The notes beneath the pieces are model-generated. The model saw nothing but the letters and a program-made list of their open reading frames with translations, searched no databases and was not told the DNA's origin. DNA of 64,000 nt from a virus, in the IMG/VR virus record IMGVR_UViG_3300015360_000029, positions 23,460 through 87,459 of that record; one strand, written 5' to 3'. The first letter of the stretch is position 1. Every line of letters starts with the position of its first letter. The position numbers and the translations under genes were made by a program. Of this stretch, positions 19,516 through 29,218 are shown one piece after another.

Positions 19516-21395
19516 GTGATCTTCTTGGTTGTGAGACTCATTGTCTGAGTGCGATTCAAGATTTCAAGCTGTGACGGACGATGTGCCGAACGATCATTCC
19601 TTCGATCTTGTTCAACAAAAATCCACTTGTTCTTTGCAAGACTGAACTTGTACAATCTTGCTGCGAGCTTCAACGCAGAATCGTATTCAAGCCTGAAGAA
19701 GTTCCCATCAAGTTGGCCAGCTACATCTGGCAATTTATTGTACCCAGTCTGATAAGGTGCGCCATCAGGTGGTAAACCATCTTCGACATATGGTCCGACA
19801 CCATCGTATGAGCCAGGCTGATTGAATCGATTTGTACCTGAAGCTTGTTCACGAACGTTCGTGCCCTTCTCAGGAACAGCGATCTTCGCATCTGCTGAAT
19901 TCTTTTCCGTGATAGTCAATGGCGCTGTTTGAATCTGCTCGACACCGCTGAAGAACGAACCATCGTCAATGATGTACTTCTGTGTGTCGACAGTACCAAC
20001 GATGTCTCGCGTTTCTTGCGAAGGAATCAGAAGCTGCGCCTGAAATCTATACATGATAGGGCGCCAGTTCGTGCTGAATCCTTCAGCACTCCACGAGACA
20101 TCATTCACTTCGAGGAATTTACGAACTGGGCGAAGATTATGATCGTACTGAAGTTCATTCGGGACTTCGATCACATCACCTACAACGATTGGACGTCCGA
20201 GCACTGTAACCATGAGCGCGAAACTCGTAGTGAATGTGTATACGTCAGCGATATTGAATCCGAACTTGCTCAAATCTGAAATCGCATCGAATGGGGTGTA
20301 CGCAGCTTTCAGAGAGATCGAAGCTTTCGCGTAGTCACGATCTCGATTCTCCATGTATAACGTGTCTTGAATGTCATCAAGTCGCGTCTGCTGAAAGTCA
20401 AAGAGTTCCAGCTTTTCGACTGTCCATGAATCATTCGTGAGAGCACCAGTGAAGCTCAATGGGACGATACGCCAGTATCGTGCTCCAGCTGAAGCTTTGA
20501 TTCGAATCATAGCTGAAGTTTGCACGTTCGGCAAGTTCACAACATCAACACGAAGCCACGATAGCTCGATCGGGACGGAAAAGAGATCGTTCGCAGCATA
20601 TGGGATGCTGCCTGCCATAATCGTGAACGACCCAATTAGTGAGTTGAATCGAACACCAACAGTCGCGAGACCAAGCACTGAAGTACCACCAGGACCAGTG
20701 AACATGATGCTGAAGAGTGTTGATGACGATGCAATCGCCATGATAGTGCCTGGCTTCGGCGAAACACCTGAATTGAAGGAACCGAACCCGCCATTCCCGA
20801 CGCCTGTGAACGACACTTTCAATGGGTCAATGAAGTACCCGCCATCGGAACGATCAACACGAACTTGCAGAGCTCGTTGAGAAGCACTTGAACTCTGCTG
20901 GATTCTGAACGAAGTGATGTGCATTCTAACACCAATGTCTGGGGCATTCTCTGGTTGACCGTACGAAGTCAACCTGATACCGAAATCATACCCAAGGAAT
21001 GCAGGTACTGACACGACACTCGATCCAGTTTCAGTTGAAATCCAAGATCCCGCAAGCGAGTCGAATGCGTTCGCCGGAGTGCCTGAACCAAGGGCCTGAC
21101 CATTTCCAGTCAGATCAATTAACTTCCCTTGCTCGTGAATGCCGAGGAGCTTGAAGATGTTCAGCGGTGCACCAGAGACCAGCAGGTTCTCGATCGCTAC
21201 CGATTCTTGATACGACGAATCAGCGGCTGAAGTACTATCCGTAAGCGAGTATTCTGGGGTGCAGTACGCCGGTGGAACATACGGGTTCGCACCAGAACCT
21301 GGTGGCGTCGTTTGGATCGGGAGCCCAGAGCCGGGCAATGTTGGGTTATTGATAGAGCCGGCAGCGTCAGCACAATCATCAAGTGTTGTTCGCAT
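19512..21395 (-). CDS. gp14: Neck protein gp14-like with inserted discoidin-like and beta-rich domains
   Basis: IQDTLYMENRDRDY, DLSKFG, LGRPIVVGDVIE; lies between gp13 and gp15. Confidence 0.75.
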   Translation of the reverse strand: MRTTLDDCADAAGSINNPTLPGSGLPIQTTPPGSGANPYVPPAYCTPEYSLTDSTSAADSSYQESVAIENLLVSGAPLNIFKLLGIHEQGKLIDLTGNGQALGSGTPANAFDSLAGSWISTETGSSVVSVPAFLGYDFGIRLTSYGQPENAPDIGVRMHITSFRIQQSSSASQRALQVRVDRSDGGYFIDPLKVSFTGVGNGGFGSFNSGVSPKPGTIMAIASSSTLFSIMFTGPGGTSVLGLATVGVRFNSLIGSFTIMAGSIPYAANDLFSVPIELSWLRVDVVNLPNVQTSAMIRIKASAGARYWRIVPLSFTGALTNDSWTVEKLELFDFQQTRLDDIQDTLYMENRDRDYAKASISLKAAYTPFDAISDLSKFGFNIADVYTFTTSFALMVTVLGRPIVVGDVIEVPNELQYDHNLRPVRKFLEVNDVSWSAEGFSTNWRPIMYRFQAQLLIPSQETRDIVGTVDTQKYIIDDGSFFSGVEQIQTAPLTITEKNSADAKIAVPEKGTNVREQASGTNRFNQPGSYDGVGPYVEDGLPPDGAPYQTGYNKLPDVAGQLDGNFFRLEYDSALKLAARLYKFSLAKNKWIFVEQDRRNDRSAHRPSQLEILNRTQTMSLTTKKIT

Positions 21396-22012
21396 TACGA
21401 AGCCACCGGATCGGTGAACACAAGTTGAGCTCGACCTTTGTCATCTCGCATCATGACGTTCTTATCGTGCAGATCGACGCCATTCAGATTCGCAAAGTAC
21501 TTCGCAACAACTCGAACATCGTCATCAGTTGTTTTGCTAGCGATGCGGCCCCAGTGCTCATCGAGCTCTTGGAAATCGGTGTAATCAATCATGTCATCGA
21601 ACAGCGGATCGTCTTGTCCGCCTTGATCGAAGTACTTCGGTGGGACCGTTTTGAGAACACGTTGCACAGCAGCTTTGATTTCTTTCTTAGTGGCTGGCCG
21701 AAGCTTTTGAAAGAAGATGATGTGCGCACTCACCGTCCCGCCATCTCTTAGGAACTTATCATCAACATCGACCTTATGAATGCTGACGATCTTTGGCAGC
21801 CATTCGTTGTTCGGGTTCTTCTCACAGAACTTTGCGAACTGCATGTACTCTGGATCGTATTCAACAACCTTGACTGCGACGTTGTGGTACACTGGATGTT
21901 GGAACACCGACGCGTACACACCAGTGCCGAGCTTCTTGATGTTCAGCGATTTCACAAGCTTATCGGTGTATTGATCAAGCGTCTCTTCTTGAATGAGTTC
22001 AAATACTTTCAT
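21395..22012 (-). CDS. Atypical protein kinase-like enzyme with MKVFEL-type N-terminus
   Basis: Gly loop LGTGVYASV, VAVK lysine, catalytic DLHDKNVM, FTDP. Confidence 0.78.
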   Translation of the reverse strand: MKVFELIQEETLDQYTDKLVKSLNIKKLGTGVYASVFQHPVYHNVAVKVVEYDPEYMQFAKFCEKNPNNEWLPKIVSIHKVDVDDKFLRDGGTVSAHIIFFQKLRPATKKEIKAAVQRVLKTVPPKYFDQGGQDDPLFDDMIDYTDFQELDEHWGRIASKTTDDDVRVVAKYFANLNGVDLHDKNVMMRDDKGRAQLVFTDPVAS

Positions 22013-22318
22013 GCTCTTCTCCCCACGATGCGAAAACCATTCTGGTAAGAACCGTACAGCTCAATCTTGTACAAGCTTGTTCGCTTGATGCCATGTTCTT
22101 CTGAAAATTTCACGATGTCCTTGATCTGCTTATTCCCGTCGAGGTCTTCGATCGCTTCTCGGCACCTTTTTGCCTACGAATTTTCAGAACACTTTGATCA
22201 ACGGTTGAGTAGTATTTATCTCGTCCGGCACCCATTCGATCAAATTGTTCAAGCGCCAGTTTGTGAGCTTTTGCCTTGATCGCTTCGACTCGCTTGATAA
22301 CGCTCCCTGCTGAAACAG
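22009..22318 (-). pseudogene. Frameshifted remnant, possibly a homing-endonuclease DNA-binding C-terminus
   Basis: Two overlapping coding-like frames (...KIRRQKGAEKRSK / IEDLDGNKQIKDIVKFSEEHGIKRTSLY...GFRI) with no convincing start codon. Confidence 0.4.
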
Positions 22319-24205
22319 CTACCCAATCAAGAAGCTCACATTCCCTTGGTTCACGTGTCCACCGTACTCGAAGTTCAAGATTTCTTCCTTGAGCTCAGTC
22401 ATGTCTTGTCTGGCTTCCGAAACCAGAAGCTCTCCGTTCTGCGAAATCGTGCCAGCAGCACCAGGCGTACCAGAGCTAAAGCGTGATCGAATCAAACCAA
22501 GCTGCATCTTGCATTCAGCTAACGCCCAATTTTGAATGAATTGTTTTGCCCAACGATCTACTAGAATCTCTTGTTCAGTACGCTCCATCATGCATTCAAG
22601 GATCACTTTTTCAGTTCGAGCCACTCGCCGAGTCAACAGCAATTCGCGACTTGGTTCATCCCAGAGGAACGTCATGTCGCCTGCGAAGATTCGTTGGAAC
22701 TCTTCGGAGAGCGAGCTGATCAGATGCAACGATAAGATGTCGACTGTAGCTGCAGAATAATACGAAGTCAGGATACCAGATGACCAGATCGCATCATTCC
22801 CATTCGCAGTCTCGATACCAAGAACGTTCAGCCGATGAACCTTCTGAACATCGACAATTCGATCAGTCCTGTTCGATGAAGAATTCAAGTAGTACGTTTG
22901 CTGGCCAGGCATCAAAGTGAACATCACGAACTGTTTTCTGTACGCAGCGTCTGTCCATTGGCGATAGTTGTCGAGCGCGTTGTCGATCCCAATATTGAAT
23001 TGTTCTTCCTTGAGCTCTACACAGGTCTGAGGCCACCCAAGTTGACCCTTGAGAATTTTGATCACTCGAATTCGCTCATCATACGAACCGTCGTTTCCTA
23101 TGGCGATCTTGTCAGTCGTTGGGGTTCCTTGCTGGTGAGTATTAACTTGAATCCAAGACACACCATTGAACGCACCAAGAACACGAAGTTTCGTATTGTA
23201 GAAAAGCAAACCAAGATATGGATCGATCAATGGCTCACTTTCAGTTTTCAAAGCCATTGTGAATGCTGGGATCAAACTGCTTCCAGTATTGAACAAAGAG
23301 TTGGATGCATCTGGATAAATCCAGGCGGTACCATTGTAGTACGCAGCACGTTCTTCAGTATAATTCCAAACGAAATCACCAACACTTGCAGTATTTGGAA
23401 ACGTTGTCACACCGCGAACTTCAGCAAGAGGCGTCCAAGCTGGTCCTGGAATTTTGAATTGGACATTCGTTGAATTTCCGTTCTGCCAGCGAGCCCCGTC
23501 AAATACTTTCAGTTGTGAACCATTCAAAAGATACGTTTGTCCAGAAACACCTGGGTACGCATCGCCAGTACGAATCCAATCAGAACGAGTTGAGATCCAC
23601 TGTGATCCTGTCCAGTACTGAACGAAATTCAGCTGCTCGTCGAAGTACACTGTTCCGGGTGTTGGAGCAAGAGGGGCTTCTGGCAGTGAAGGAATACTTC
23701 CAGAGAATGTTGACGAATCTTTCTCGACGCGCGAGGCTTCAAGTGGGTACGATTGTACTCCAATTGGGTAGTACTGCAGGATGTTTGACGACGGGTGGAT
23801 TGATGCGAAGTACAGCGTAGTACCGTCTGTATTCGTAATCGTGATCTCGAACGTTTCAGTCTTGTTCGCGACATCAATAAGTGTTGCAGCAGGCCACGGC
23901 TGATTCAAGATCTGAGAATAGAACGCAACAACGTGCGCTCCGCTCACCCCTTCTATTCGATCCGCTGGTACGTTCATGTCCGTCGATGAAGTATATTGCA
24001 CCCCATCAGACGGATAGTTCACGGGCGAGATCGCCTTTTCATTCAAGACGATTACTGCGCCATCAACAGTTCCAGCGTCAGTCGGACGAACAATCGTGAG
24101 TTTGATTGTCGTAAGTGACGGGCGAGAGATGTCGATCTTGAAGAGACGTGCTTCGACCCATAAATCGTGGGTCGAGCGAGCTGAGATGTCAGAGCTGGAA
24201 GCCAT
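22319..24205 (-). CDS. gp13: Neck protein gp13-like with long N-terminal extension
   Basis: LKGQLGWPQTCVEL...IDNAL, WAKQFIQNWALAECKMQLGLIRSRF, NGELL. Confidence 0.88.
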   Translation of the reverse strand: MASSSDISARSTHDLWVEARLFKIDISRPSLTTIKLTIVRPTDAGTVDGAVIVLNEKAISPVNYPSDGVQYTSSTDMNVPADRIEGVSGAHVVAFYSQILNQPWPAATLIDVANKTETFEITITNTDGTTLYFASIHPSSNILQYYPIGVQSYPLEASRVEKDSSTFSGSIPSLPEAPLAPTPGTVYFDEQLNFVQYWTGSQWISTRSDWIRTGDAYPGVSGQTYLLNGSQLKVFDGARWQNGNSTNVQFKIPGPAWTPLAEVRGVTTFPNTASVGDFVWNYTEERAAYYNGTAWIYPDASNSLFNTGSSLIPAFTMALKTESEPLIDPYLGLLFYNTKLRVLGAFNGVSWIQVNTHQQGTPTTDKIAIGNDGSYDERIRVIKILKGQLGWPQTCVELKEEQFNIGIDNALDNYRQWTDAAYRKQFVMFTLMPGQQTYYLNSSSNRTDRIVDVQKVHRLNVLGIETANGNDAIWSSGILTSYYSAATVDILSLHLISSLSEEFQRIFAGDMTFLWDEPSRELLLTRRVARTEKVILECMMERTEQEILVDRWAKQFIQNWALAECKMQLGLIRSRFSSGTPGAAGTISQNGELLVSEARQDMTELKEEILNFEYGGHVNQGNVSFLIG

Positions 24206-24220
24206 TCGGTTCCTTCGATG

Positions 24221-24243
24221 TAAATACCATGATCAGTATTTAT
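24221..24243. promoter_or_regulatory. Overlapping divergent late promoters (+ TAAATA 24221-24226; - ATAAATA 24237-24243)
   Basis: Both motifs lie in the short gap between gp13 and the 24257 ORF. Confidence 0.6.
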
Positions 24244-24256
24244 GCCAAAAAGAACT

Positions 24257-24478
24257 ATGTCTTTCGTACTTCACACCTTTCGTCCTTCAGAGACAATCGA
24301 TGCTGTCATTCGCCTTCTAGGTCGTCACAATCTGTCTCACGAAGAATTGATTCCACTTCGGGCGGAATTCAATCGAATGAACGATTCAACGTTGCCTAGA
24401 CCTGGGATGACGATGAAAATTCCGTTACCTACGGCTTCAAATCTGAAAACAGAATCTTCTTCAATTCCTGCCGAATGA
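24257..24478 (+). CDS. Small LysM/tail-X-like protein
   Basis: HTFRPSETIDAVI...N....LPRPGMTMKIP pattern. Confidence 0.55.
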   Translation: MSFVLHTFRPSETIDAVIRLLGRHNLSHEELIPLRAEFNRMNDSTLPRPGMTMKIPLPTASNLKTESSSIPAE

Positions 24479-24773
24479 TCAACCGATTCGCATTGAACTT
24501 CGCTTGAACGGTAGTCGAAGCTTCTTGAAGCTCGTGACCAGCGAACGGTTGGTACCAAATCCTCGCCCAATCGTAACATTGCTGGTCAAGCTCGGCAGCA
24601 AAGTTCAAAATACCAACTCGAGTTGGTTCAACTGAAGCGTACTTGAAAGACGCTTCAATGCAGTCCTTGTACAACGAAGTAGCCATCGTTGCAGGGACTG
24701 CACTTGGGTCTGCTGATGCCGAAAGCATCGAACACAGACAAATTGCAGCAACGATTTTAGATTGAAAGCTCAT
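24429..24773 (-). CDS. Hypothetical exported protein
   Basis: Signal-peptide-like MSFQSKIVAAICLCSMLSASA; paired Cys. Confidence 0.6.
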   Translation of the reverse strand: MSFQSKIVAAICLCSMLSASADPSAVPATMATSLYKDCIEASFKYASVEPTRVGILNFAAELDQQCYDWARIWYQPFAGHELQEASTTVQAKFNANRLIIRQELKKILFSDLKP

Positions 24774-25029
24774 CAAGAATCGCTTTTCGAACTTCGTCGG
24801 CATCAAAAATTGTCCGTGGTCCCGAGTGCAAGACTATTTCGTTGTTTATCTTTTCAGTCAACGTATATCTGAACTTGTATTCTTGAATTGCAGAATCGAG
24901 TGTATCATGAACATTGGCCATATCGATCACGATCATTCCTGGAAGCTGTACGTCGTTCTCGTGAAGAATAAATCCGCGAACGGAAGCATAATCGATCCAA
25001 CTGAACGTTTCGACAAGAGTTGCTTTCAC
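24757..25029 (-). CDS. Hypothetical protein
   Basis: 90-aa ORF overlapping neighbours in the operon. Confidence 0.55.
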   Translation of the reverse strand: MKATLVETFSWIDYASVRGFILHENDVQLPGMIVIDMANVHDTLDSAIQEYKFRYTLTEKINNEIVLHSGPRTIFDADEVRKAILDELSI

Positions 25030-25610
25030 GACAGCACCTTCATCACGATCTTGGCGATGTTCGCTGCGTCATCCGCGCCGTTATGATGACGACCATCGAG
25101 CGTCAGACCGTAGAACTTCAGAGCGCGTTCCATTCCAATCTCTTTCGCGAGTCCTTCTTTCAGCGCCATCAACGTCTTCACGTTGAAGTGAGCACGCATT
25201 CGGTCGAAGATGTTCTGATGACGTTGAATGCCGTACAGCTCGTACAGACCTCCACGCTCACCTTCGCGTGAGCTCAACTTCACTCGGTCGTATTCACCGA
25301 AGCTGAACCAAACGTTGTCTTTCGTGATCTCGTAATCTTTCTCGATCTGCTCGATTGTGGACAGAATGTCGGCGCCTTCGTCGACTGCTTCTTGCGTCCA
25401 ACCAGTGAGCTGCGTGCAAAATGGCGAGACCTTTGTTCGGCTCGGTTTCACTACGTACGACGAAACGTCTTGAACACCCTTGATCTTGTCAAGAACACAG
25501 ATGCCGATCTCGATGATCTCGTTCGGCATTGAACCTTGTTCTTCGCGAGTCTCCCAGCACGTAGCTTCAAGATCAACGATGAAAACCCTGTCAAGTGCGG
25601 CTCCCATCAA
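25026..25610 (-). CDS. DEDDh 3'-5' exonuclease (ERI-1/KapD-like)
   Basis: VDLEATCW, EIIEIG, FCTQLTG, GEYD, GRHHNGADDA. Confidence 0.92.
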   Translation of the reverse strand: MMGAALDRVFIVDLEATCWETREEQGSMPNEIIEIGICVLDKIKGVQDVSSYVVKPSRTKVSPFCTQLTGWTQEAVDEGADILSTIEQIEKDYEITKDNVWFSFGEYDRVKLSSREGERGGLYELYGIQRHQNIFDRMRAHFNVKTLMALKEGLAKEIGMERALKFYGLTLDGRHHNGADDAANIAKIVMKVLS

Positions 25611-25855
25611 TCATTCCCCAGCACAGATGGTACAGTTGACTTTTGGCTTTCCATGTATTCTTCGATGCAGTTCTTCTCGATGTTCAGCTGAAGTTGCTCA
25701 GCGATCATAGCGTGCATCACAACTGAATGTTGAGCTGCGTACTGTGGGCGCGTTTGATATCGCGATTGACGAAGGGTCAATTCGTTGATCATTCTGCCAA
25801 GCAGGAAGATCCGAGCTTCAAGCCAGCTCAGTCGTTCGTTCGAAATTGGATACAT
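25607..25855 (-). CDS. Hypothetical protein
   Basis: Probable start MYPISNER with AAGGA RBS. Confidence 0.5.
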   Translation of the reverse strand: MYPISNERLSWLEARIFLLGRMINELTLRQSRYQTRPQYAAQHSVVMHAMIAEQLQLNIEKNCIEEYMESQKSTVPSVLGND

Positions 25856-26471
25856 GAAAGTCCTTCGTGCCGGCTTTGAACCAGCTTGGGGTTGTGCGGT
25901 TGGTCCAGCGAGCAAACGGTGCTTTCGCGCCAATGTAATAATTTTGGTAAGCCAGGACTGGATCATCTTGAACCTTGAATTCGTCACCCATCGCTTGTGG
26001 CCACGGAGTGAGGTCACCAGCCGGTATGTTCTTTGGTGGCGAACTCAAGAAGTCTTTTGTGTCCGTCCACGTCTTGTGTATCTTACCATACCTGTGAGTG
26101 AACTCGGCAGCTGTTTCTTGGAGGAGCTTAAACAGCCAAAGATAGTTCGAATCCGATTCACGACACCAGATCGCGCACGGATGATTCTGATGCGAGAGGT
26201 TGTAGCAAATCGGATCGACGATGTAGTGCTTCTCGACCGTGGTGCCGGTGAACGGGTTCAGACGCGATTCGAAGATCGTGACTTCTTTACCGAGGAGCTG
26301 AATCTTTTGCTTCTTGCCTGATGGCAGAATCTCGACGACTTGCCGACCGTCGCGGATGCGATGAGCTGTTGAAAGAAGCTGCGCGTACTCGATGATCATC
26401 TTGACGACGTGCTTGTCAAGATGCATTTGAGCTGCAATCTTCGGGTCTTCGTTCAGAACAAAGATGTTCAT
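25818..26471 (-). CDS. Pyrimidine-dimer DNA glycosylase-like (DenV-related)
   Basis: MNIFVL..DP..AAQMHLDKHVVKMIIEYAQLLSTAH, HQNHPCAIW, RYGKIHK, AYQNYY. Confidence 0.82.
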   Translation of the reverse strand: MNIFVLNEDPKIAAQMHLDKHVVKMIIEYAQLLSTAHRIRDGRQVVEILPSGKKQKIQLLGKEVTIFESRLNPFTGTTVEKHYIVDPICYNLSHQNHPCAIWCRESDSNYLWLFKLLQETAAEFTHRYGKIHKTWTDTKDFLSSPPKNIPAGDLTPWPQAMGDEFKVQDDPVLAYQNYYIGAKAPFARWTNRTTPSWFKAGTKDFHVSNFERTTELA

Positions 26472-26473
26472 GA

Positions 26474-27682
26474 TCAGGCCTTGTCGTACAGCTTTTTCAT
26501 AGCAGTGTCGATGTTCATTTGAAGGACCTTGCCGTAGCTCAGTTCTAAGGCTCCAAGAACTGAAACCATGTTGTTCGGGCTTTGACCGTCGAGGCCGATG
26601 ATGTCGAACGTGTCGATGATCGTGTTCAGAGCATCGATGCCAGTGGCCGAGTTGTAGAAGACGAGCGAAGCGAACAGCATCCGTGCCCGGTTCGGCATGA
26701 TGCCAGTCTTGAGGAACGGACGAAGAAGCACGTCGAGAGCTTGCACGCCAGTCTTGCCGGCTTGAACCATTTCGAACGTGACACGACCGCCTGGCTTTTG
26801 AGCGATCAAGTTCGCGTACGAAGCTGTCGGCAGCAGAGCCTTGGCCCAGACGAGTGGATCATCCTCGAGAGTGAGGTTGTCACGACGAGCACGAATGATC
26901 GAGATTTCACGAAAGGCCAACTGGCGAAGCATGCCAGCTGAAGGACCTTCGTTGACAGTCAGGTCAGCGCCAGCAGCCTTGAAGTCCTTGGCCAGCGTGA
27001 AGAAGACAGTGCGAGGATCCAGACGACCGTTGTGCAGAATCGTGCTGAGCTGCGTTTGACCGTCGTGCCGATCACGAGTGACGTGGTACGTTGGAGCCAT
27101 TTTGCGTGCTCGCTTCATCGCTTCGTCACGATCCAGCAAAGCGTTCAGCGTCGGCTTTGGGTACGTGCGATTCGAGACCGAAGCGCCGAGGTTGTACGGC
27201 GTGACGGTCTTCGAGAACTTGTACGGCTTGAACGAGTCGATGCTTTTGACGTGCGTCATCCAACGTGACTTCGCAGTCATTTTGAGGCAGGTGTCGTCGA
27301 CCAAAGCGCTGTCCACGAACGAATGTGGAACGGAGATTTTGGAGCAATCAATGGTGTGGTACATGCCGAACAGCGGCATGTCGATCACGACCTCGTCGTA
27401 CCCGTGAAGCTTGACCAGCATGTTGATGTGCGCGATCGGATCAGCTTCCTTGAAGACGTGAAGCTTGCAGTCTTGGTCGGCCTGAAGATCGAAGTCGAAC
27501 GCGTGAAGCGATTCGTAGAACGCATCGAGGTTCGCTTGCGAGCACCGCTTGTACATCGCACGTTCACGTTCGCCTGCGAAGTAATACGGTGAATAGAACA
27601 CGAACGTGACTTCACCGTCCAGCGAAGCTGTCAGACGTGAGTCGGTGCGAAGGGAATTTGTGATCCAGACGAGTGTACGCAT
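26474..27682 (-). CDS. Divergent DNA photolyase/cryptochrome family protein
   Basis: WITNSLRTD, TQLSTILHNGRLDPR, LRQLAFRE, GKTG...D.L...KTGIMPNRARM match photolyase FAD-domain motifs. Confidence 0.8.
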   Translation of the reverse strand: MRTLVWITNSLRTDSRLTASLDGEVTFVFYSPYYFAGERERAMYKRCSQANLDAFYESLHAFDFDLQADQDCKLHVFKEADPIAHINMLVKLHGYDEVVIDMPLFGMYHTIDCSKISVPHSFVDSALVDDTCLKMTAKSRWMTHVKSIDSFKPYKFSKTVTPYNLGASVSNRTYPKPTLNALLDRDEAMKRARKMAPTYHVTRDRHDGQTQLSTILHNGRLDPRTVFFTLAKDFKAAGADLTVNEGPSAGMLRQLAFREISIIRARRDNLTLEDDPLVWAKALLPTASYANLIAQKPGGRVTFEMVQAGKTGVQALDVLLRPFLKTGIMPNRARMLFASLVFYNSATGIDALNTIIDTFDIIGLDGQSPNNMVSVLGALELSYGKVLQMNIDTAMKKLYDKA

Positions 27683-27689
27683 GAATGCA

Positions 27690-27750
27690 TTATACCATAC
27701 CCTGCGGATTCAGGTTCAGCGAATTTGTAACGATTCCTGAACCTGTAACG
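27690..27750 (-). promoter_or_regulatory. Early/middle promoter with extended -10 (TGGTATAAT) and tandem CGTTACA boxes
   Basis: TGAACC-17-TATAAT; CGTTACAAATTC at 27721-27732 is also found at 63122 and 63141. Confidence 0.6.
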
Positions 27751-27762
27751 ACGAGCGCAGGA

Positions 27763-28632
27763 TCAAGCCTGAACCAGGACGATCCCAGTTTGAGATGTTG
27801 TGAACGTGATCAGCAGTTGGTTCGCGCTTGAGAATGTGACGTCCAACGGTGAGACAATTTTATATCCTGCGACACCAGTATCAATGAAGACTTGAACAAT
27901 CCCAACGAATGGCGCAACGAGGCCAAGACTGTGAAGTACGTTCCAACTTGTTGATGGCGTGTTTTGCGTATGCCGATACGAAGATCCTGAAGAGACAACA
28001 ACCCACCCAGAAGAAGTTCGAACATTCAGCGTGCTTGCGATGCTGTTGAACCAAGTTTGACCAATGTACGGGGATGTTGGTGCCGTTCCACTTGAAAAGT
28101 TCTGAGCAAGATCGATGAGGTTCTGAGAATACGATTCTCCCCATGGGGATACGTTCCTACCTGTAAGTTCAATAGGACGATTTGTAAGTGTTACACCAGG
28201 CGGAATCAAAACAGAAGATTCACCGGCAATTGGAATCAAGTACGTGCTGATGTTCGTGATCTTACCTGTCGTCACATCGCCAATTGTGAGAGCTGAACCA
28301 ACCGTTTCATTCACCCTGATTTCTGTGCTTCCAGAAATGAACTGGCTTGATGGGTTCGTGCCAGAATCAAGAAGAGACACAGGCGTATACACTGTGTACT
28401 TCCCTGCGTAGCTCGCATTGTTCGTGACTTCAAATGTTGTTGCGACAATCGAGTCGTATCCAACAGGCGTTGTTCCTGAAGTGTAGAACGCTTGTGTCGC
28501 GAACGGCGATACTTGCTGCCGATAGAACTTCCCTTGAAAAGAGCTGACAAGGTTCCCAGCGATCTTCAAAACTGCTGGAGAACCTGGAGCACCAGAAGGC
28601 GAAATTTGAACGATTGAAAATGAGCGTGCCAT
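27763..28632 (-). CDS. Virion structural protein (fibre/baseplate associated)
   Basis: WGESYSQNLIDLAQNF..GTAP.SPYIGQTWF; W.VLHSLG C-terminus; late promoter at 28660-28666. Confidence 0.7.
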   Translation of the reverse strand: MARSFSIVQISPSGAPGSPAVLKIAGNLVSSFQGKFYRQQVSPFATQAFYTSGTTPVGYDSIVATTFEVTNNASYAGKYTVYTPVSLLDSGTNPSSQFISGSTEIRVNETVGSALTIGDVTTGKITNISTYLIPIAGESSVLIPPGVTLTNRPIELTGRNVSPWGESYSQNLIDLAQNFSSGTAPTSPYIGQTWFNSIASTLNVRTSSGWVVVSSGSSYRHTQNTPSTSWNVLHSLGLVAPFVGIVQVFIDTGVAGYKIVSPLDVTFSSANQLLITFTTSQTGIVLVQA

Positions 28633-28684
28633 GTGATACCTGATCTTTGTTCGATTAGGTATTTATGACTTTCAGGAAACGTTC

Positions 28685-29149
28685 TTAGACGAATACTTTG
28701 GAGAACAGACCAACGTTGTCGGCGTGAGATGGAGCAGTCCAGCCTGCAGGCTTGATCATGTCAGGCAAGCCAAGTGGATTCAGGCGTGATGGATTGACGC
28801 CTGGTTCTTTCGTCATGTTCGCATCACGAACACGTGCCCAAGCTTCGTAGCTGTCGACATCGAATGCGTTCAAAGTGCCGATCGCAACGACGCACAGGTC
28901 AATCAAAGCATCGACAGTGTTGTCGGCACGCTCTGACGGAGTGTGATTCAGATTGTTATCGAACTCGTCTGACAGCTCCGTCAGTTCTTCACGAAGGAAG
29001 TCAATGCGGAACTTCAAGAACGTTCGAAGCTTCTCGCGATCGAGATTCCGAATGACTGGGTTCACACCGAACTTGTCGTGCATGTTAGCGATGTCCTGAA
29101 CCCAATCACCTTCAAGGGTGAAGTCGATGTCTTGTGCTTGCAAAATCAT
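28685..29149 (-). CDS. MazG-like/PRA-PH nucleoside triphosphate pyrophosphohydrolase
   Basis: FLREELTEL...DALIDLCVV...V.DANMTK...KPAGW. Confidence 0.85.
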   Translation of the reverse strand: MILQAQDIDFTLEGDWVQDIANMHDKFGVNPVIRNLDREKLRTFLKFRIDFLREELTELSDEFDNNLNHTPSERADNTVDALIDLCVVAIGTLNAFDVDSYEAWARVRDANMTKEPGVNPSRLNPLGLPDMIKPAGWTAPSHADNVGLFSKVFV

Positions 29150-29218
29150 GGTTGCTCCAGTTGTGAAGCATAAACAGATTGTATCATGAAGATTTGATTG
29201 CTGATCCGTGATTCAGGA

